64,000 nt of DNA, from assembly GCF_009914755.1 (NCBI RefSeq), contig NC_060940.1; one strand, written 5' to 3'. Made by a program: the position numbers and the translations under genes. Position 1 is the first letter of the stretch. Each line of letters begins with the position of its first letter. The notes beneath the pieces were generated by a model, which did no database searches, was not told the origin of the DNA, and saw only the letters and a list, made by a program, of their open reading frames with translations. This document shows positions 12,435-26,240 of this stretch, in pieces. Source of the stretch: the human T2T-CHM13v2.0 reference genome, Homo sapiens.

Positions 12435-12605
12435 TTGTTACCCAGTATCCACTTTGCCCTTTCCTTTAGTAGTAGAATCCTAATGTCTTAGCTGGGTACA
12501 CAGCTGCCCAGCTAAGGACTACATTTCCCAGCCTCCTGTGTGGCTATATGTGGTCATGTGATGAATTGCTGGCCAATGGGATATGAATGGAAATGATGCA
12601 TTCAG
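12435..12605 (+). mobile_element. Old ERVL/MaLR LTR fragment (LTR16/LTR33-like)
   Basis: ACTACATTTCCCAGCCTCC...GGTCATGTGA...CTGGCCAATGGGAT. Confidence 0.6.
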
Positions 12606-15600
12606 CATCAGAATTAAGCCAAGGAACAGGACTTTGTGATGGATAAGTGGGAAGAAGAAATTGGGTGCTGTTTCTTACTTTCCACTCAGCTAGAAGCATT
12701 TGGTATGGTGGTCCTTGAATCCAAGCTGTGTCATCAGCACTGCATTAAACAGCATCTCTAGATATAGCCATAAATTGTATATTCACAAGTGAATCAGATT
12801 TTAGTGAATCTCAAACAAAGAGAACTTTGTCCTAGGTCAACCTCTTATTGTCTGTGTAAGCCTGAACAAGCTACATCACTTCTGTGCATCTCTGTGAACT
12901 TATTTTTGAGCGTTGATGCCCACCTCACCTAGATTTTCGGAAAAGCCAATGCATTCAGTATGGAAGATACTTAGCATGGGGCCTGGCAGGCAGTATCTCA
13001 GAAAACACTTCCAGTTTTGTTATCTTTCCAATGATCATTACCAAGATGTTTGTGGGATTTTTCGTCAACATTTACAACCTGGTTAGAGTTTGTCATCTTC
13101 CTCCGCTTTTTTTTTTTTTTTTTCTTTTTTGGGTCTGCTTGTTAAACAAAATTAAATTGCAGTCCTAGTAAGGCTGGTCTTAAACGTATGAAACCATTTT
13201 CAAATTTGAGACGCATGGGCGAATTCAAGGCACAGGAATTAGTCTGCATTCCAGATCAATTAGGGAAATAGTTTGCAGTAACTACTGCATTTTGAAACAC
13301 ATCAAATAGGAAAGAGAAGTCACTGTTGTATGTCACTGTCAGAAAGCAAAAGTGAGGCTTTTTTGTCTGATTTCAAGAATGGCTCACTCACAGGGTCCGC
13401 AATGGAGAGGCAAGAAATAGCAGGCCTGCCAAAACCACTGTGAAGTTTTCACTGACTCAAAGACCGCCCACCCAATCCCAGGGGACTTGGTAATTCAATG
13501 GAGATTAAAGGCACACTAAAATCCTGGTAACCAGAGAAAAGCAGGCTCTATTAGGTTACCATTTCCATTTTTCTGTCAAGCAAAGGCAGAGTTTCCCCAG
13601 AGAAGACGGAGTATTTGCTCTCAGCCAAAAGACCCCAAAGAAGCAGAACTCTTTAACCGAGATTACAAAAGAGAAAAAACGTGTAAGTGCAGAGCTGAGC
13701 CGAGCCTGTGCGTTCCTGCCAGCCCCCCACTATGAGCTAAGGCCCCTGGCACTTAAGTCAATGCAAAATGAATAATGCACTTAGTTAAATATTTCCTCCC
13801 ATGATGAAAGTCCTTGGTCACCCGAATTTCTTTTTCTACTTGACGTGTTCATTTCTTTTTCTGACCAGATATCCATAATAAAATCTGGCACTCTGAGGAC
13901 AAGTGCTTTCTATACAAGCTTTCTCCAACTTTCTATCACAAGCCTTTGAAACTGAACACCCCCTTTTTATCCTGTATTACTTCCTCCCCTGGAACCGTTC
14001 AATCTCTACTCAGCAATCCCATTAGACTTTTAACTTCCATTTTTTAAGTGCTGATAAAAATGTATAGATGTCTGAACCCCATCCAGGGAAGCCAACTTTC
14101 AAACTATGCAAAAAGGAGGCCGTGGCGGCTCTGGAAGGATGGGAAATGGAGCTTGTGGCAGAGCCACACTGTGGCCCGCCAGCTGTGCCGCATGATTGCA
14201 CGCTCGCCCACGCGTTCTGGGGGGCTTGGTGGTCCATTTCTGGCACAGGCTCGGCCACTGCATCATGATCTAGGGGTTGTGGGATTACTATACAGATTTT
14301 TATACAGCGTAAAGTACTCTTGTTCATCTTTCTGAGACGAGGCTGAACTTTATGGAAGAAAGGAGTGGTTTAGTAGGAAATGATCAGACTAATCACATGG
14401 AAATAAACAGCGTATTTTATCACGTTCCACGTGTTCATGCATTTCCCCTTCTTTTTTATAGAGAGGGAGGTTGCCAGCTGCCTTGAAGAAGAGGGAGGGG
14501 CAGAAGGAGGCTTAGGGTCCTCAGGCGGCCCTTCTGAGAAAGGAAGAGGGAAGGGAGGTGTAGGCGAAGGAGGTGGGCCCGTCTGGAGGAAGGTAACTTC
14601 TCCTCCTTTAGCTGGGGGTGGGGCAGAACATGGGATTGTCCTCAGACCCAGGCCCTGCTCTTCTCTGAAAACACTGCCAGTGTCCCCTGCATACTGGCTC
14701 CTGCCCAGGTCTCACTCATGGGAAGCACTGGGTCAACAGGAGGTAGGGTGGCACATGGAAGAGCAGCTACCTACACCTCCTCGTTCCCTCTGAGTCTCCT
14801 CTGTGCTTCCAGCTCCCTGGGGATAACCTCCCTGTCCTGCCTTTGCTGGGCAGCCCACCTGGCTCTGGGCCAGAGGAATAGCCTGCCTTGGACTTGCTGC
14901 TCTTGCCAGTATCTTGACTGCCTCACAGGTCCCTCCATGGCCCCTAGCTCTTCCATCCCCAGTGCAACCAAATCCCTGTATTCAATCCCTCTGGTGGCAG
15001 TGCCTAGAGTGGATTTGCTTTCCAAATGGATGGAGAGCAAAGCCTGAGGATGAGGGCTCTGGATCAGCAAGGTGGCACTTACCAGAACTGCCAGGTCCCT
15101 GTGCTCCTGGGGCAGTCAATCCACTGAGGAATGTGTCTTTTCTGCAGAGTGGATGTAACAGGACCTGGAGCAGCATCCCTGGTTTTGGCAGGCTTTCTGG
15201 GCCCAAGTTGCAGTGGGGGTGGCTTTATATTGTGAAGTGTGCTCCTCTTTCCTGCAGCCTGTGACTCCAGGTGGAGAGGCTCCCCTGTCACCTCCTCTCA
15301 GTGTGACCTCTGCCAGGGGATGCCATCCACTCAGCATCTGCAGGATCCCTGAGGAGCAGCCATGGCCCATGGACCCCACCCACCCCAGCTCAGACCTCTG
15401 GGACCAACACCCGACAGGCAGCAGGCTCTTCACAGACACAACCCAGGAAGCTCTGAGCAACTTGGCCATAGCCCCTGCACTAATGGGGACACTGAGGAGT
15501 GACAGTGACTCCAAAGAGTCGCTGCCCAAGCAAATGCATGGAAAAGAGGAGCCAGGGAACACGTACAGCTTCTGGGCTTTGCCAGGCTCACCTCAGCTCA

Positions 15601-16754
15601 GCTTCATGGTTTGCTGGGCCAGGACTTCATGTTCATCCAACACCAACCTGCCAGAAGCATCTGTTCCCTGGGGATGTGGAGGGGCAGGAGCAGGAGCAAC
15701 TCCATACTGCTGGACCTGCATAACGGACGTCCTGCCACTGGGACCATGAGCTCTGGGGAGGGAGAGAGAGAGAGAGAGAGAGAGAAGGAAAACACTGAAA
15801 AGACAGAGACACAAGGTTTGGAGAGAATGCAGCCTGGCTTTCCTAACTCCTTCTAGCTGCTAATTCTGATTCCCTGCACCCTGTGACTCCAGGTTCCATA
15901 AGACACCACCAGACCTTTCTGATAACTTCCCCCTTTTATCTTTAAGCCAGCTTGTTTGGTTTCTCCAATTTGCATCCCACAGAATCTTAAAAATGTCACA
16001 GCACCTGTCCGGAGGAGCTTAGCAGAATCTGGGGGTGGAAGGGTGGGGACTGTGGAGGAGAGAAACAGGCAGGGAAGAGATAAAGTGATACGGGGCCATG
16101 GAGAAGGGACACTTCTTCCTGGGGGTCAGGGGAGGCTGCTGGGAATCAGTGATCTCAAAGTTGTGTCTGCAGAATGACCAGGAGCTGTTCAGGTGAAAAA
16201 AGAGAGGGAGAGTTGCTGGCTATTTCTATGCACTGTACAAAATACATGTGTGTCTGATCTCCTTACTTAAGTGGTGAGCTCCTCAAGGGCAGGGCCTGGA
16301 TAGTGGGTGTTCTGTCCCCTGCCATACCCAGCAAAAGGCCAGTTAGGTGTTCAGTACATGATAATGGATTGACAGATGGAGGAGGTGTTGAAGCAGAATG
16401 AAAACTCCCAGGACATGGACATGCTTTAGGTGAAGAAAGTGCAGTGAGTTTGGAAACCAGGCAGTATTTGAAAGGGTCATGGGAGGCTACATAAAAGAGG
16501 GGCTAATTGGGTTGGATTTTGAAGGATGACTAAGAGTTCTCTTCAAAGCCGGGATGCTGAAGAGCTGAGGAGTCTCATGGTGGATGCTTGGGTGTTTTTC
16601 CCACTAGACAGTCACGGGAGTCAGGGCTAGGTCTCTTTGCCTCCCTGAGAGCAGCTGCCTGGAGGGGGCAGAGCCTAACTTTGAAGGTTTAATGAGGTTG
16701 AAGGTTTAATGAGGTTTATTTAGAAGAAAGGTAAAGACAATGCAACGGGTGTAG

Positions 16755-16930
16755 AGCGATGGAGTCAGACAGACTGGATTTGAGCCCTGGCTCTGCTCCT
16801 GTGTGGCCTTGGGCCTTGGGCGAGGGAAGTTATCTGTCTGAGTCTTTGTTTCCATATCTGTATGATGCCCCTGCAAACGCCCCTCGCCTGCTGGCTGGGA
16901 TTCGCCCACATGATGTTGGTAAAGCAGCAG
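16755..16930 (+). mobile_element. MIR SINE
   Basis: TGGAGTCAGACAGACTGGATTTGAGCCCTGGCTCTGC...TTTCCATATCTGTA. Confidence 0.7.
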
Positions 16931-17779
16931 GCTCACCCTCTGGTCCACACGACACTGCCCTCATGGGGATGACATGAATGGTTCACCCATGGACAACGCG
17001 GTGGCTGTGGCATCTCAGCACCACTGAGGCGGAACAGTTGGAAGAAAAAGCAGAATATTAAAGTGAATTGGAAGATGCATATTGTGATCTCTAGCACATT
17101 GGGTGTGATTTTAGCAGTTTCTGTCTTAGCAACGTCCCCTCCCCGGCCCCTGCAGCGTGTTCCTTTGTTGAGGGTGAGGGAGGATTCTGATATGGAATTG
17201 TGTCACCAGAGCACAATTCCATGGGGATATTACTTCAGTGACTGACTCAGCCCCCTGCCCCCAACCTCACAACTGCCCCTCCTGACTCAAACGTGGTCCG
17301 AGTGGCTTCTCTTCACTGTGATTCAATCCACATCGTGGGGCCCTGCCGTAAAGCAGCTGTGGGTGATACAACGATTGCTATTACTATCCATAAGCATTCT
17401 AAGATAGTCAGTATTTATCGAATTCCTCGTATTCCAGGCTCTGGGCAAGTGTCCTACTGGCACTTGTCACTATTTATTCTCCCAATTTTAATGATGTGGA
17501 AACTGAGTCTTCAACTGGTGAAGAAACGAGCCGAAGTGCAAATAGCAGCTGTGGCTCTGCACGTCCTGCTTGGTCCCAGAGGACATGTGCGCTGAGCCCT
17601 TCCTCCACATGGAGACAAGCCTGAGATCAACACCAGCAGGGATGTCCCCTTATGATTGTCGTGTGACGAATGAAGAATGGAGCAGTGAAGCAGATCCATT
17701 ACCCGAGGCCACGGGGAAGCCTGAAATCAGAACTCGTGGTCCACAGCCTGTGCTCTACGGCTACAGGTTCAGCCCTGGT

Positions 17780-18200
17780 TTTAGTCTGGGCTTCCTCAGA
17801 AGCAAAGCCTGGGACGAGGACCTGGCACAGGTGGTTTCTTGGGAGGTGAGGGGCCAGGGAGTGAGATCAGGAAGGGGACAGGCAACCAAGGGTGCCTTCG
17901 TGAATATGTTACCCGTGCAGGTTCTGAAGGCCAATCCCAGTACAACTCTCTATAAGATGGAGCAGACACGCCTCAGGATCGTCCACCCAGAAGCTGGCCC
18001 AGAAACTGGTGACACATCCTGCCACTCCTGTTCCCCATCGGTTGGGGCTGTTCCTGGACGTGCTGGCTTTTTGGCCCTTCAGACTTGACCTATGCATGGT
18101 CTAAGGACAGTCTTGTGGTTAGAGAATGTCTTCAGCTAAAGAAATGCTGGAAGCTGCTGGCATGGCAATGTCTGTCGGTAACCTCCTGGTGGGCCAAGGG
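17780..18200. mobile_element. Old ERVL-type LTR fragment
   Basis: GGGCTTCCTCAGAAGCAAAGCCTG...GGTTTCTTGGGAGGTGA resembles the elements at ~5360 and ~42960. Confidence 0.45.
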
Positions 18201-19014
18201 CACCTGGGTGGGCTCCAGTGAAATCTCTGCCCATTTAAACTCCCTTTTATACTTGTGGTTCTCTGGACTCTTCCCAAGTGCCCTCAGAAAGGAGTGGACA
18301 ATCACAACTCCAACCAACGGGGAGCAGGACAGTCACAATGGACACGGTCCTTTCTGGTTATTTCACCTTTGAGGGCATCACCCGCCACCATTTAAACCTT
18401 GGTATTCTGCCGACATCTGCTTTCCTTGTTTTTCTGGCAGAAGCAGGGGCCAGTGCCAATGGGTCAGGATGGACACTCTCAGCTAGGGTCCCAGAGGGTC
18501 ACACTCTGTTCTTTCTATTCTCAGAATCAGCCCAGACAGCAGGGGGTTGGGAGGAAAGGTCAGACTTGTCCTGTTGCATGAAGTCCCCAGCGATGGAGGA
18601 CTGGACATGCTGGAGCTCAGAGGCTTTGATGCTGCCGTCTGAGGCATCCAGTGAGCAAAGACAACCCTGCTCACCCACGAGATGCTCCAGTACGAGCTCC
18701 CCGCCCCTCCCAGAGCCTCAGCCATCGATGACAGGCGTGATGGATGGCTAGTCCATTCTCTAGCAACCGTGGCCCAGGCCCAGGAGAAGCGTAGCATTAC
18801 CAGACCCTGGGGGACATGTACCACCAGTCTGTCAGCACGTCTCTCCTGAGCCCCTGTCTTGGGCCAGCTTGGGGCTAGGTGCCTGGGTGTAGAAGAGCAG
18901 AAGGTGTGGTTGCTGGCCTCAGGGAGCTCCCATGAGAGCACCATTGACAGATCGGAGCCTCAGAGATATTCTACCCAGCCTTCTGGTGTTTTCTGAAGAG
19001 AACAAGCGGACACA

Positions 19015-19540
19015 ATTGTAACAATACTTACTCAGCATAAACCTTGTGCTAGGCATTGGATAAGTGTTTCACAAATATTAATTCATTAATTTTAACAACA
19101 GCCCCGTGAGTTAAGTGTGACTGTCATCCCTGTTCGATGCTTAAAGAAACTGAGGCCCACAGAGTTTACTTTGCTGAAGGTTTCACAGCGAACTCAGTTG
19201 CAAAGACTTGGGCCCAGCTGATTTGGTTCAGAAATTCACACGTGAAACCAATGGGCCATTCTGCTCTAGCTGCATTCTTATCCACAGCAAAATCTAATAA
19301 AGAAAAAGCAACCATAATAGCTAACAGTCACGTGTTTATTAAGTGCCAGCTGCTATGAAGAGGGCTTTTTGTGGATTTCCACATAATGCCTACAGCGACC
19401 TATGAAATTGGCACTGCTGGTATCTGCATTTTACAGGTAAGGAAAGCAAAGCTCAGAGAGGTTACGTAACTTGTCCAACATCACTTAGCTAGAAGTAATG
19501 GAGCTGGAATTCGAACCCAGGCTGAAAGTCGAGGTCTCTG
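19015..19540 (-). mobile_element. Two consecutive MIR SINEs (~19015-19240 and ~19310-19540)
   Basis: GAAACTGAGGCCCACAGAG and CATTTTACAGGTAAGGAAAGCAAAGCTCAGAGAGGTTACGTAACTTGTCCAA...TTCGAACCCAGG. Confidence 0.8.
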
Positions 19541-19837
19541 CATTGATTTCTGAGTAGGTTTGGTTCGCAGGTATAGGGAGCAGGGGCCCGCTGGGAACAC
19601 ATCCCGGAAAGGGGTTTCCTGTATGGCTGCCTATGACCTGGAAGGTTCCAGGATGGAGAAGCCAGAGCCCGCTTTGGGGCCTCATTGCTCTGGGTCTGTC
19701 TCTGGGCCTAGGGTGCTGGGACTTAGGGCCTCCGGTGGCTTCCTGTGTTTCTGTTGTCCTGTAGTCTATCGCTGTGAGTATCTTTTCTTTGCTGGATGTT
19801 TTCCTTCCTTGTAGCTTTGGCTTTTAAATACTCTTGG

Positions 19838-20107
19838 GCACTGTGGGAGGCTGAGGTGGGCAGATCACTTGAAGCCACAAGTTCGAGACCAGCCTGGCCA
19901 ACATGGCGAAACCCCATCTCTTCTAAAAATACAAAAGTTAGCCGGGTGTGGTGGCGGCCACTTGTAATCCCAGCTACTCAGGTAGGGCAGAGGCACAAGA
20001 ATCACTTGAACCCGGGAGGCAGAGGTGGCCGTGAGCAGAGGTCACACCAGTGCACTCCAGCCTGGGTGACAGAGCGAGACTCTGTCTCAAAAAATAAAAT
20101 GAAATAA
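19838..20107 (+). mobile_element. 5'-truncated AluS-type SINE
   Basis: Begins at GCACTGTGGGAGGCTGAGG, lacking the first ~30 nt; ends in an A-rich tail. Confidence 0.95.
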
Positions 20108-20157
20108 ACCCTTGGGATTTCTAACATAAAAATCTAAACTAATCATATGTTAACAAA

Positions 20158-20601
20158 TATGAACACAAAAGAGCCAGTCCTTCAAGATGGCTCCCAAGTG
20201 GCTAATTAGGCCTACATTTAAAATAGAGCTAAGTGGCCATTTGCTGACATATTACTGTGAATTCTGGGAAGACCTGTACCTTCTTTGAAACTTTCAGAGC
20301 TTACCTGAGCCAACCAATCAGAGCTCACCTGCTTTGGCCAATCAAAGCTCAGCTGCATCAACCAATCAAAGCTCAGTATCACTGACCAATCAGAACTAAG
20401 TGAGTTTCAAGTCTTCATTTGCATACAGGGACCTTATTGGGAACCCGGATAGGAAGGTTTGCTATAAAATGGAGCCTTCTCTTTGTTCTCTGGAACACAC
20501 CTTCATCTTACACTGGATCCTGCCACTCCCTGGTTTGCAAACTGTTCACTGGAATAAACTCTCTTTCCTTCAAAGTTCTTTTCAAAGAACTTTTGTTCAA
20601 A
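20158..20601 (+). mobile_element. Solo ERV LTR (LTR47-like, name tentative) with intact promoter motifs
   Basis: Degenerate terminal inverted repeats TATGAACACAAAAG / CTTTTGTTCAAA; CCAAT x4; ATTTGCAT 20417; TATAAAA 20463; AATAAA 20553. Confidence 0.8.
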
Positions 20602-21079
20602 TGGACAACCCCACATTAAGCAAAGGCAATCCTGGCCCTGGTGGACTTTGTGGTCCAGGGGAAGATCCCTTAGAACCATGGGGCTTCCCGCATCCTGCTC
20701 TACCATCCCTGGCAGCTGCAGTGCCTGCCCCTCACACCTCATTCAGGGACATATCCTAGTCCAAATTCTTAAGAGAGGTCGTCTGATTGGCCTATCCATC
20801 TGCCTGCTGGAGGCACATTATTGGCTATGGGAACCCAGTGGACTGGCTGCCCTTGGCTCAGGGCCAGACATGGACCAATCAGATTTGTTGCCAGGGAGCC
20901 GTGGTACAGAGCATGGTTGCCCGTCACTGACAGAAGGGGAACTCAGGCGGGTCAGGATCATCAAGGTGCTGCCTGACCCTGAGGATTTCACCATCTATTC
21001 CTGGGCCTTTCTTGTCTTATATAGTTTTTATGCCTTAAAAAAAGTTATTCGTTGCCTACAAAATCTATGTTTCTATAAT

Positions 21080-21300
21080 GGTTTTACCAATAAATCCACA
21101 ATAGACAGTACAATGGGAAGAAACAGGTAAATCAAATCTTCACTAGTTAGAGATTTTAGCATATCTTTAAACATTGATAGGTCAAATAGACAAAATTAAC
21201 ACATATGTTGAAGATTTGAATAACATATATGGAAACCTTGAATGACTAAGTTTGCTCTAGTAGATGAATGTTAAACGTACGCACATTTTTTGGTGATATT
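21080..21300 (+). mobile_element. Ancient L1 ORF2 (endonuclease-region) fragment
   Basis: GTTAGAGATTTTAGCATATCT...ATTGATAGGTCAAATAGACAAAA...GAAGATTTGAATAAC. Confidence 0.55.
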
Positions 21301-22293
21301 TCTATCTCAGTTCTCAACACATTCTCCTTTTCTTCCCCCATCTTCCTTCTGCCACCCCTTGAAAACCATTTCATTTCTTCTTCAGACATAGCCTCCATAA
21401 ACCCTATAGTTTTAACATCGCTTGGCACTAAACAAGAAAAAGAAAAAAGCACCTAATGGCATTTGCAAATTACTTTCAGTTTGTGGCTTCGAAAAGAAGG
21501 GTTATGGAAAGTATTGATAGCTGCACGACTTTCTCAGAGGGTGGGTTTGAAAAAAATGGCAGATCAAAAGCTTCTTGAGAATTTGTGTGAGTATGTGCTG
21601 GGAGTCTGTTCTGTCCAAAGGAAATCACTGGCAGGTATTAATTTGAGGGAGAAAAAGTTTTAAGGCAAGTCAAAGGGAAAAGGGAGAAAAAATACAGCAT
21701 GTTTTAATTGTGACTCGGAAATTTTATAAACACAGTTTACACATGTATCACTTATAATCACGGTCCTGGCCAGAGCAATAATTATGATAAATCCTTTGTC
21801 AACCCTACTTAGAAGTTCTTATGAGGTAGTCGGAAATTAGTTCACATTTTAGACAATAGTTGAGTAAAAACCCGATCCAACCCAGCCTCTCTACATGTGG
21901 AATTCCACACGGCCTGCAATCAGATGTTCACCAAATCACACTTTTTCATTGCCAAACGCCTTGGCAGGTTAGCATAAACAAGTCTTGAATTCATTAAGTT
22001 GCATTTTTTAGCCTTCTAATTAGCTAAAAGTTGTACATTTCAAGCACAACATGTCAAGAGCTTGATTTCAAGGTATAATGATATGGCACGGAGACTGAAG
22101 CCACCCACTGCCCTTTGTGTAGAATGTTGGTTTCTGATGGCTCTTTGCTTAACTGATCTTGGGCTGGCTTTGATGGGTGACCTTGGAGATGGGTAGAAAG
22201 GGTTTGGAAAGGAAGCATTCTTAACACGTGATCATTCTACTTAAAAAGCAGCCCCTGTCTTTTGGCAATCTCTGTCTTTTAAAACAGCATCTG

Positions 22294-22626
<333 letters not shown>

Positions 22627-24824
22627 CTAGAAATGAGCCCCTCCAACATAGTTACCTAAAGAGCAAGTTATTATTTTTTTAATATTCCAAGATTTTTCCT
22701 CAGTGATTCTCCATCTGCAAACTCAGTCACAAATCAGGCCTTATCGTGTTAAAACACCAAATGTCATTGAAGAGATAATTTCATGGTCTCCCCTGAAGTG
22801 TATTCAGGGTAACAACATTCTCGTCATATTCCAGCTCATTGGGTTAAACTTGCAGTTCAGTAGCTTGGGACCAGATAGAGAAGACTCTGTGTAGGGACAA
22901 GAAAGAATGATGCTCAAATGTCAGACCTTAAAGACACCAACTCTAACTCTCTTCTGTGTTACAAGTAAAAGCTGAGACCCAGAAGGAAGGCCTCCTTCAA
23001 GTCCATGTGGTTAATTTACAGTACAGTGAGAGCAGGAAGGGGAGAATCCCGTCTTTCTCTCAGAGACGTCACTCCCATTTCAGAAAGGATTCACGTTCCC
23101 AATCTCATTTCAGACATCCAGGAACTGTGATTTGGGAGTTGGGTCCCCTGCCCCTATTTTACTGCAGGGGAGACTGAGGCACAAGGAGATCCCGTGTCTA
23201 ACTGGTACATGGAACGGAACCAGTTAATGCCGAAGAGGACTGTGGTCATGCTTTCCTGAAGTTCAGAGCTTGCCCTTTCCACTAGGTAGAGGATCCTGGG
23301 TGTTTTCACAAAGGAAGACAGAGAGTGGCGTAAAGCGGTGACTTCTCAACTTTCCTGATGTCACCCCGGTAAGGAGTCATTTTATCTGGTTATCTGGGGT
23401 GGCAGAGAACACTAACTGGCTTTCGTTCTCCTTTGGTTGCATTTAGCAACAGAACCTCCTAGGTTTTAGAGGGTCTGGAAGGTGGGAGACCACCTTCCCC
23501 AGCCTTCACCTCTTGCCAGTAGGTATGGACGTGAGACCGCCTTCTGGCCAATAGGGTGCAAAAAGAAGTGTGTGCACCACAGATCTGGTCACGTCCTTTG
23601 AAAAGAACAGAACTTGCCTTCCACTTCCTCTCCATCTCCCTCCTGTGGGCAGCCCCGAGGGTGGAGTCAGCTCCTGCCATGCAGGTGAGGGTCATACTCA
23701 GGGGAAGAGGGACAGATAGGAGGGATCTGGTGCCTAGATTAGCCCATGGAACAGAGCCATCTGTTAGCCCTGCCCACCTGTCCCCCTCTGGACTGGCACA
23801 GGAGAGAGAATAAAAATCCCATCTGGTTCAGCCACCATATTTTTGCTCTTTTTATTACAATATCATAGCATATGCCTGGACTACTGTGTGCAAGACACAC
23901 AGGGACACACTTACACACGTGTGTGTGTGCACACATGCACTCTGACACACATGCGCAGACACAAAGGTTTCAAAGCAGTGCCTTTTCTTATCCTGTGATG
24001 TGTGCTCTCGTCTGTTCTACTCCGCTCTTTTGTATTTTTTTCCAAGGTGGCGTGAGCTCATTATGCTGATTACATGATTGGCTAGTGGGTTAGGACCTGC
24101 AGGGCTGGAGCACCTGAAGACAATTCACAAACCCAAAGGCAAAGACCCAAAGGCAAGGCACGGTGAGACAAGGGGTGGAAGAAAGCAAGCTGCCCTGACA
24201 GTTGAGACAGACACAGATAAATAAACAAGAACAAAAGCCCAGGACCACAGGCGGGACACAGGCCTCCCCGCGAGGGGTTTTTGGAGATTGTTGGGCAACG
24301 GAAGCCAGGTGACTCCAGGCCGGGAAGGCTCCATAGAGGTGGCTGCATCACCGGGGAGGCACTGACTTTGAACTCAGTGGCATGAAAGCATCCCAGAACG
24401 TTCAGATGTGTGCCCAGCCCTGTGGCTCTCACGGTAGGCACTGTGTCCCCAAGTCCCTTCTTTCCAGGCAGCATGCTATGTCCTGGTGGGTCCAAGAATG
24501 AAGGAATATTGTAAGATTGTGGCTAACTGAATCTAGATGCTTCCGACTCGGATGTGACTGCCCCTGGGAGGGGCACAGCTTTGTCTTCTTCTTAGAGGAA
24601 GTGACCTGGCCCTCCAGGGTGTCTGTCCCCTCTCCAGCCCCAATCCCACTGGCATTCTCCGGGAAGGCAGGTGATTGGAATTCGGTGAGGAGTTTACTAG
24701 CTGGGATTGAAGGAAAAGGGAACTAGACTAGCTGAATGGTTAGAAGCAGAGTCTTATGAGGAACGTGGTAACTGTCTCCAAAAGCCAGTTGGCTGGCCAC
24801 AGGCTAGGATCCCTCTCCTCTGAC

Positions 24825-25243
24825 CCTCTGTTCCAGCCATCTGGGGCTTCTTGATGTTCCCCAACAGGCCTAGCAGGCCCTGTCTCAGGTCTTTGTGTTG
24901 CCATTCCCCTTGGCCGTGGGTCTTCCCCGGATGCACCAGGACCCACGGCTCCCCAGGTGTCATCTCATCATAAGAACCACCCCCACCAACTGCTTGCATG
25001 GCTTACCCTCTTTTCTCAATTTGTTTTTCTCCATAGCACTACTCTTGTCTGATGCAGGTGCACTCTATAGTTTACTTATTTTAGTTATTTGTGCTGTTTG
25101 TCTTTCCCCTTTCTGGCTGGAAGTTCCTGAGGTAGGACTGTTATCTATTTTTCTCTTGGCAGCATCTCCTGTGCTAGGGGGACGATCTGGATCAGTGCCT
25201 GGCCCATGGAAGACTCCTGACCCAGGCTTGTTCACTGAATGAA
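24825..25243 (+). mobile_element. L2 3' fragment
   Basis: TCTCCATAGCACT...CAGTGCCTGGCCCATGG...CTGAATGAA terminal motif. Confidence 0.7.
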
Positions 25244-25734
25244 GGCATTCCACATGTTCTGTGATGCGGGCAAGTCATTCATTCATTTATGCATTTAGAA
25301 TGAGCTTTGAGAATATGGCAGCCTACAAAATGGACATGGTCCTGCCTTCAGGGAGCTTCTGGTCCAGCCTATGGCCTCTTGCCTGGAAAGAGATGTTACC
25401 ACGTTATTAGGAGGTAGTGTGGTGTGGTAAGTGCTTTCGTGGGAAAAGCAGAGGGGATTATGGGAGCTCAGAGTGGGGTACCCAACCTGGATGGGAGGTC
25501 AGAGAATGCCACAGAATCTGTTTGGCCTTCAATCACTAATCTGTATAGTTAGCAATATGGACAAGCTGGTCTTTAATAACTCATACCCCTTCATTTCTAA
25601 TTCTCTGTCATGTGTTCTATGTGGTTCCTGAGGGAGATCTCCAACCAGGGAGACAAATGAAAGAATGAGGATTTAGCTTTATGGAAAAAACACCTAAAGG
25701 TGGAACAGTCTCCAGGTACACAGGCTGCCTCACA

Positions 25735-26240
25735 AGGTAGTTATTGGTAGCAGCACAGTAAAATGTCTAGGAGATCAATGACTTAAGCCACCGACTGTTT
25801 TGTTATTCTTGTGATTCTGTGGGGTGACAGGGCTCAGCTGGTTGGTTCTGCTGCTCTTCATGATGTCGCTGGCTGCAGTCACCTGGGGTCTCCATGCTGG
25901 CTGGCAATCTAAAGCAGCTCATTCCCCCTGCTGGCAGCTGGTGCTGGCTGTTGGCAGGAGGTCTTTTAGAGTTGTCAACTGGAACACCTTGGTTCTCCTC
26001 CATGTGGCTTCTCCTTGGGGCCCAGGCTTCTCTTGTGATTGTGTCCCAAGGGGAAGGAAGGAGAAACTGCTAATCTTGGATTTGGGCTTGGAAGTTCTGG
26101 AGTGTCACCTCTACTACATTCTGCTCATCATATCACAGGGCCAGCCCAGATTCAAGGGGAGAGAATGTAACCCTCACATCTTAATATGATACCCACTATG
26201 TGCATTCAGGGAAGGAAAGACTCATTGGCAGCTGACTGAG
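25735..26240 (-). mobile_element. MLT1H-like MaLR LTR
   Basis: GGGCTCAGCTGG...CTCCTCCATGTGGC...TCACAGGGCCAGCCCAGATTCAAGGGGAG. Confidence 0.75.

Noticed and set aside
13107-13130. Orphan poly-T run as the tail of a processed pseudogene
   Set aside because: No TSD or recognisable retrocopy body next to it
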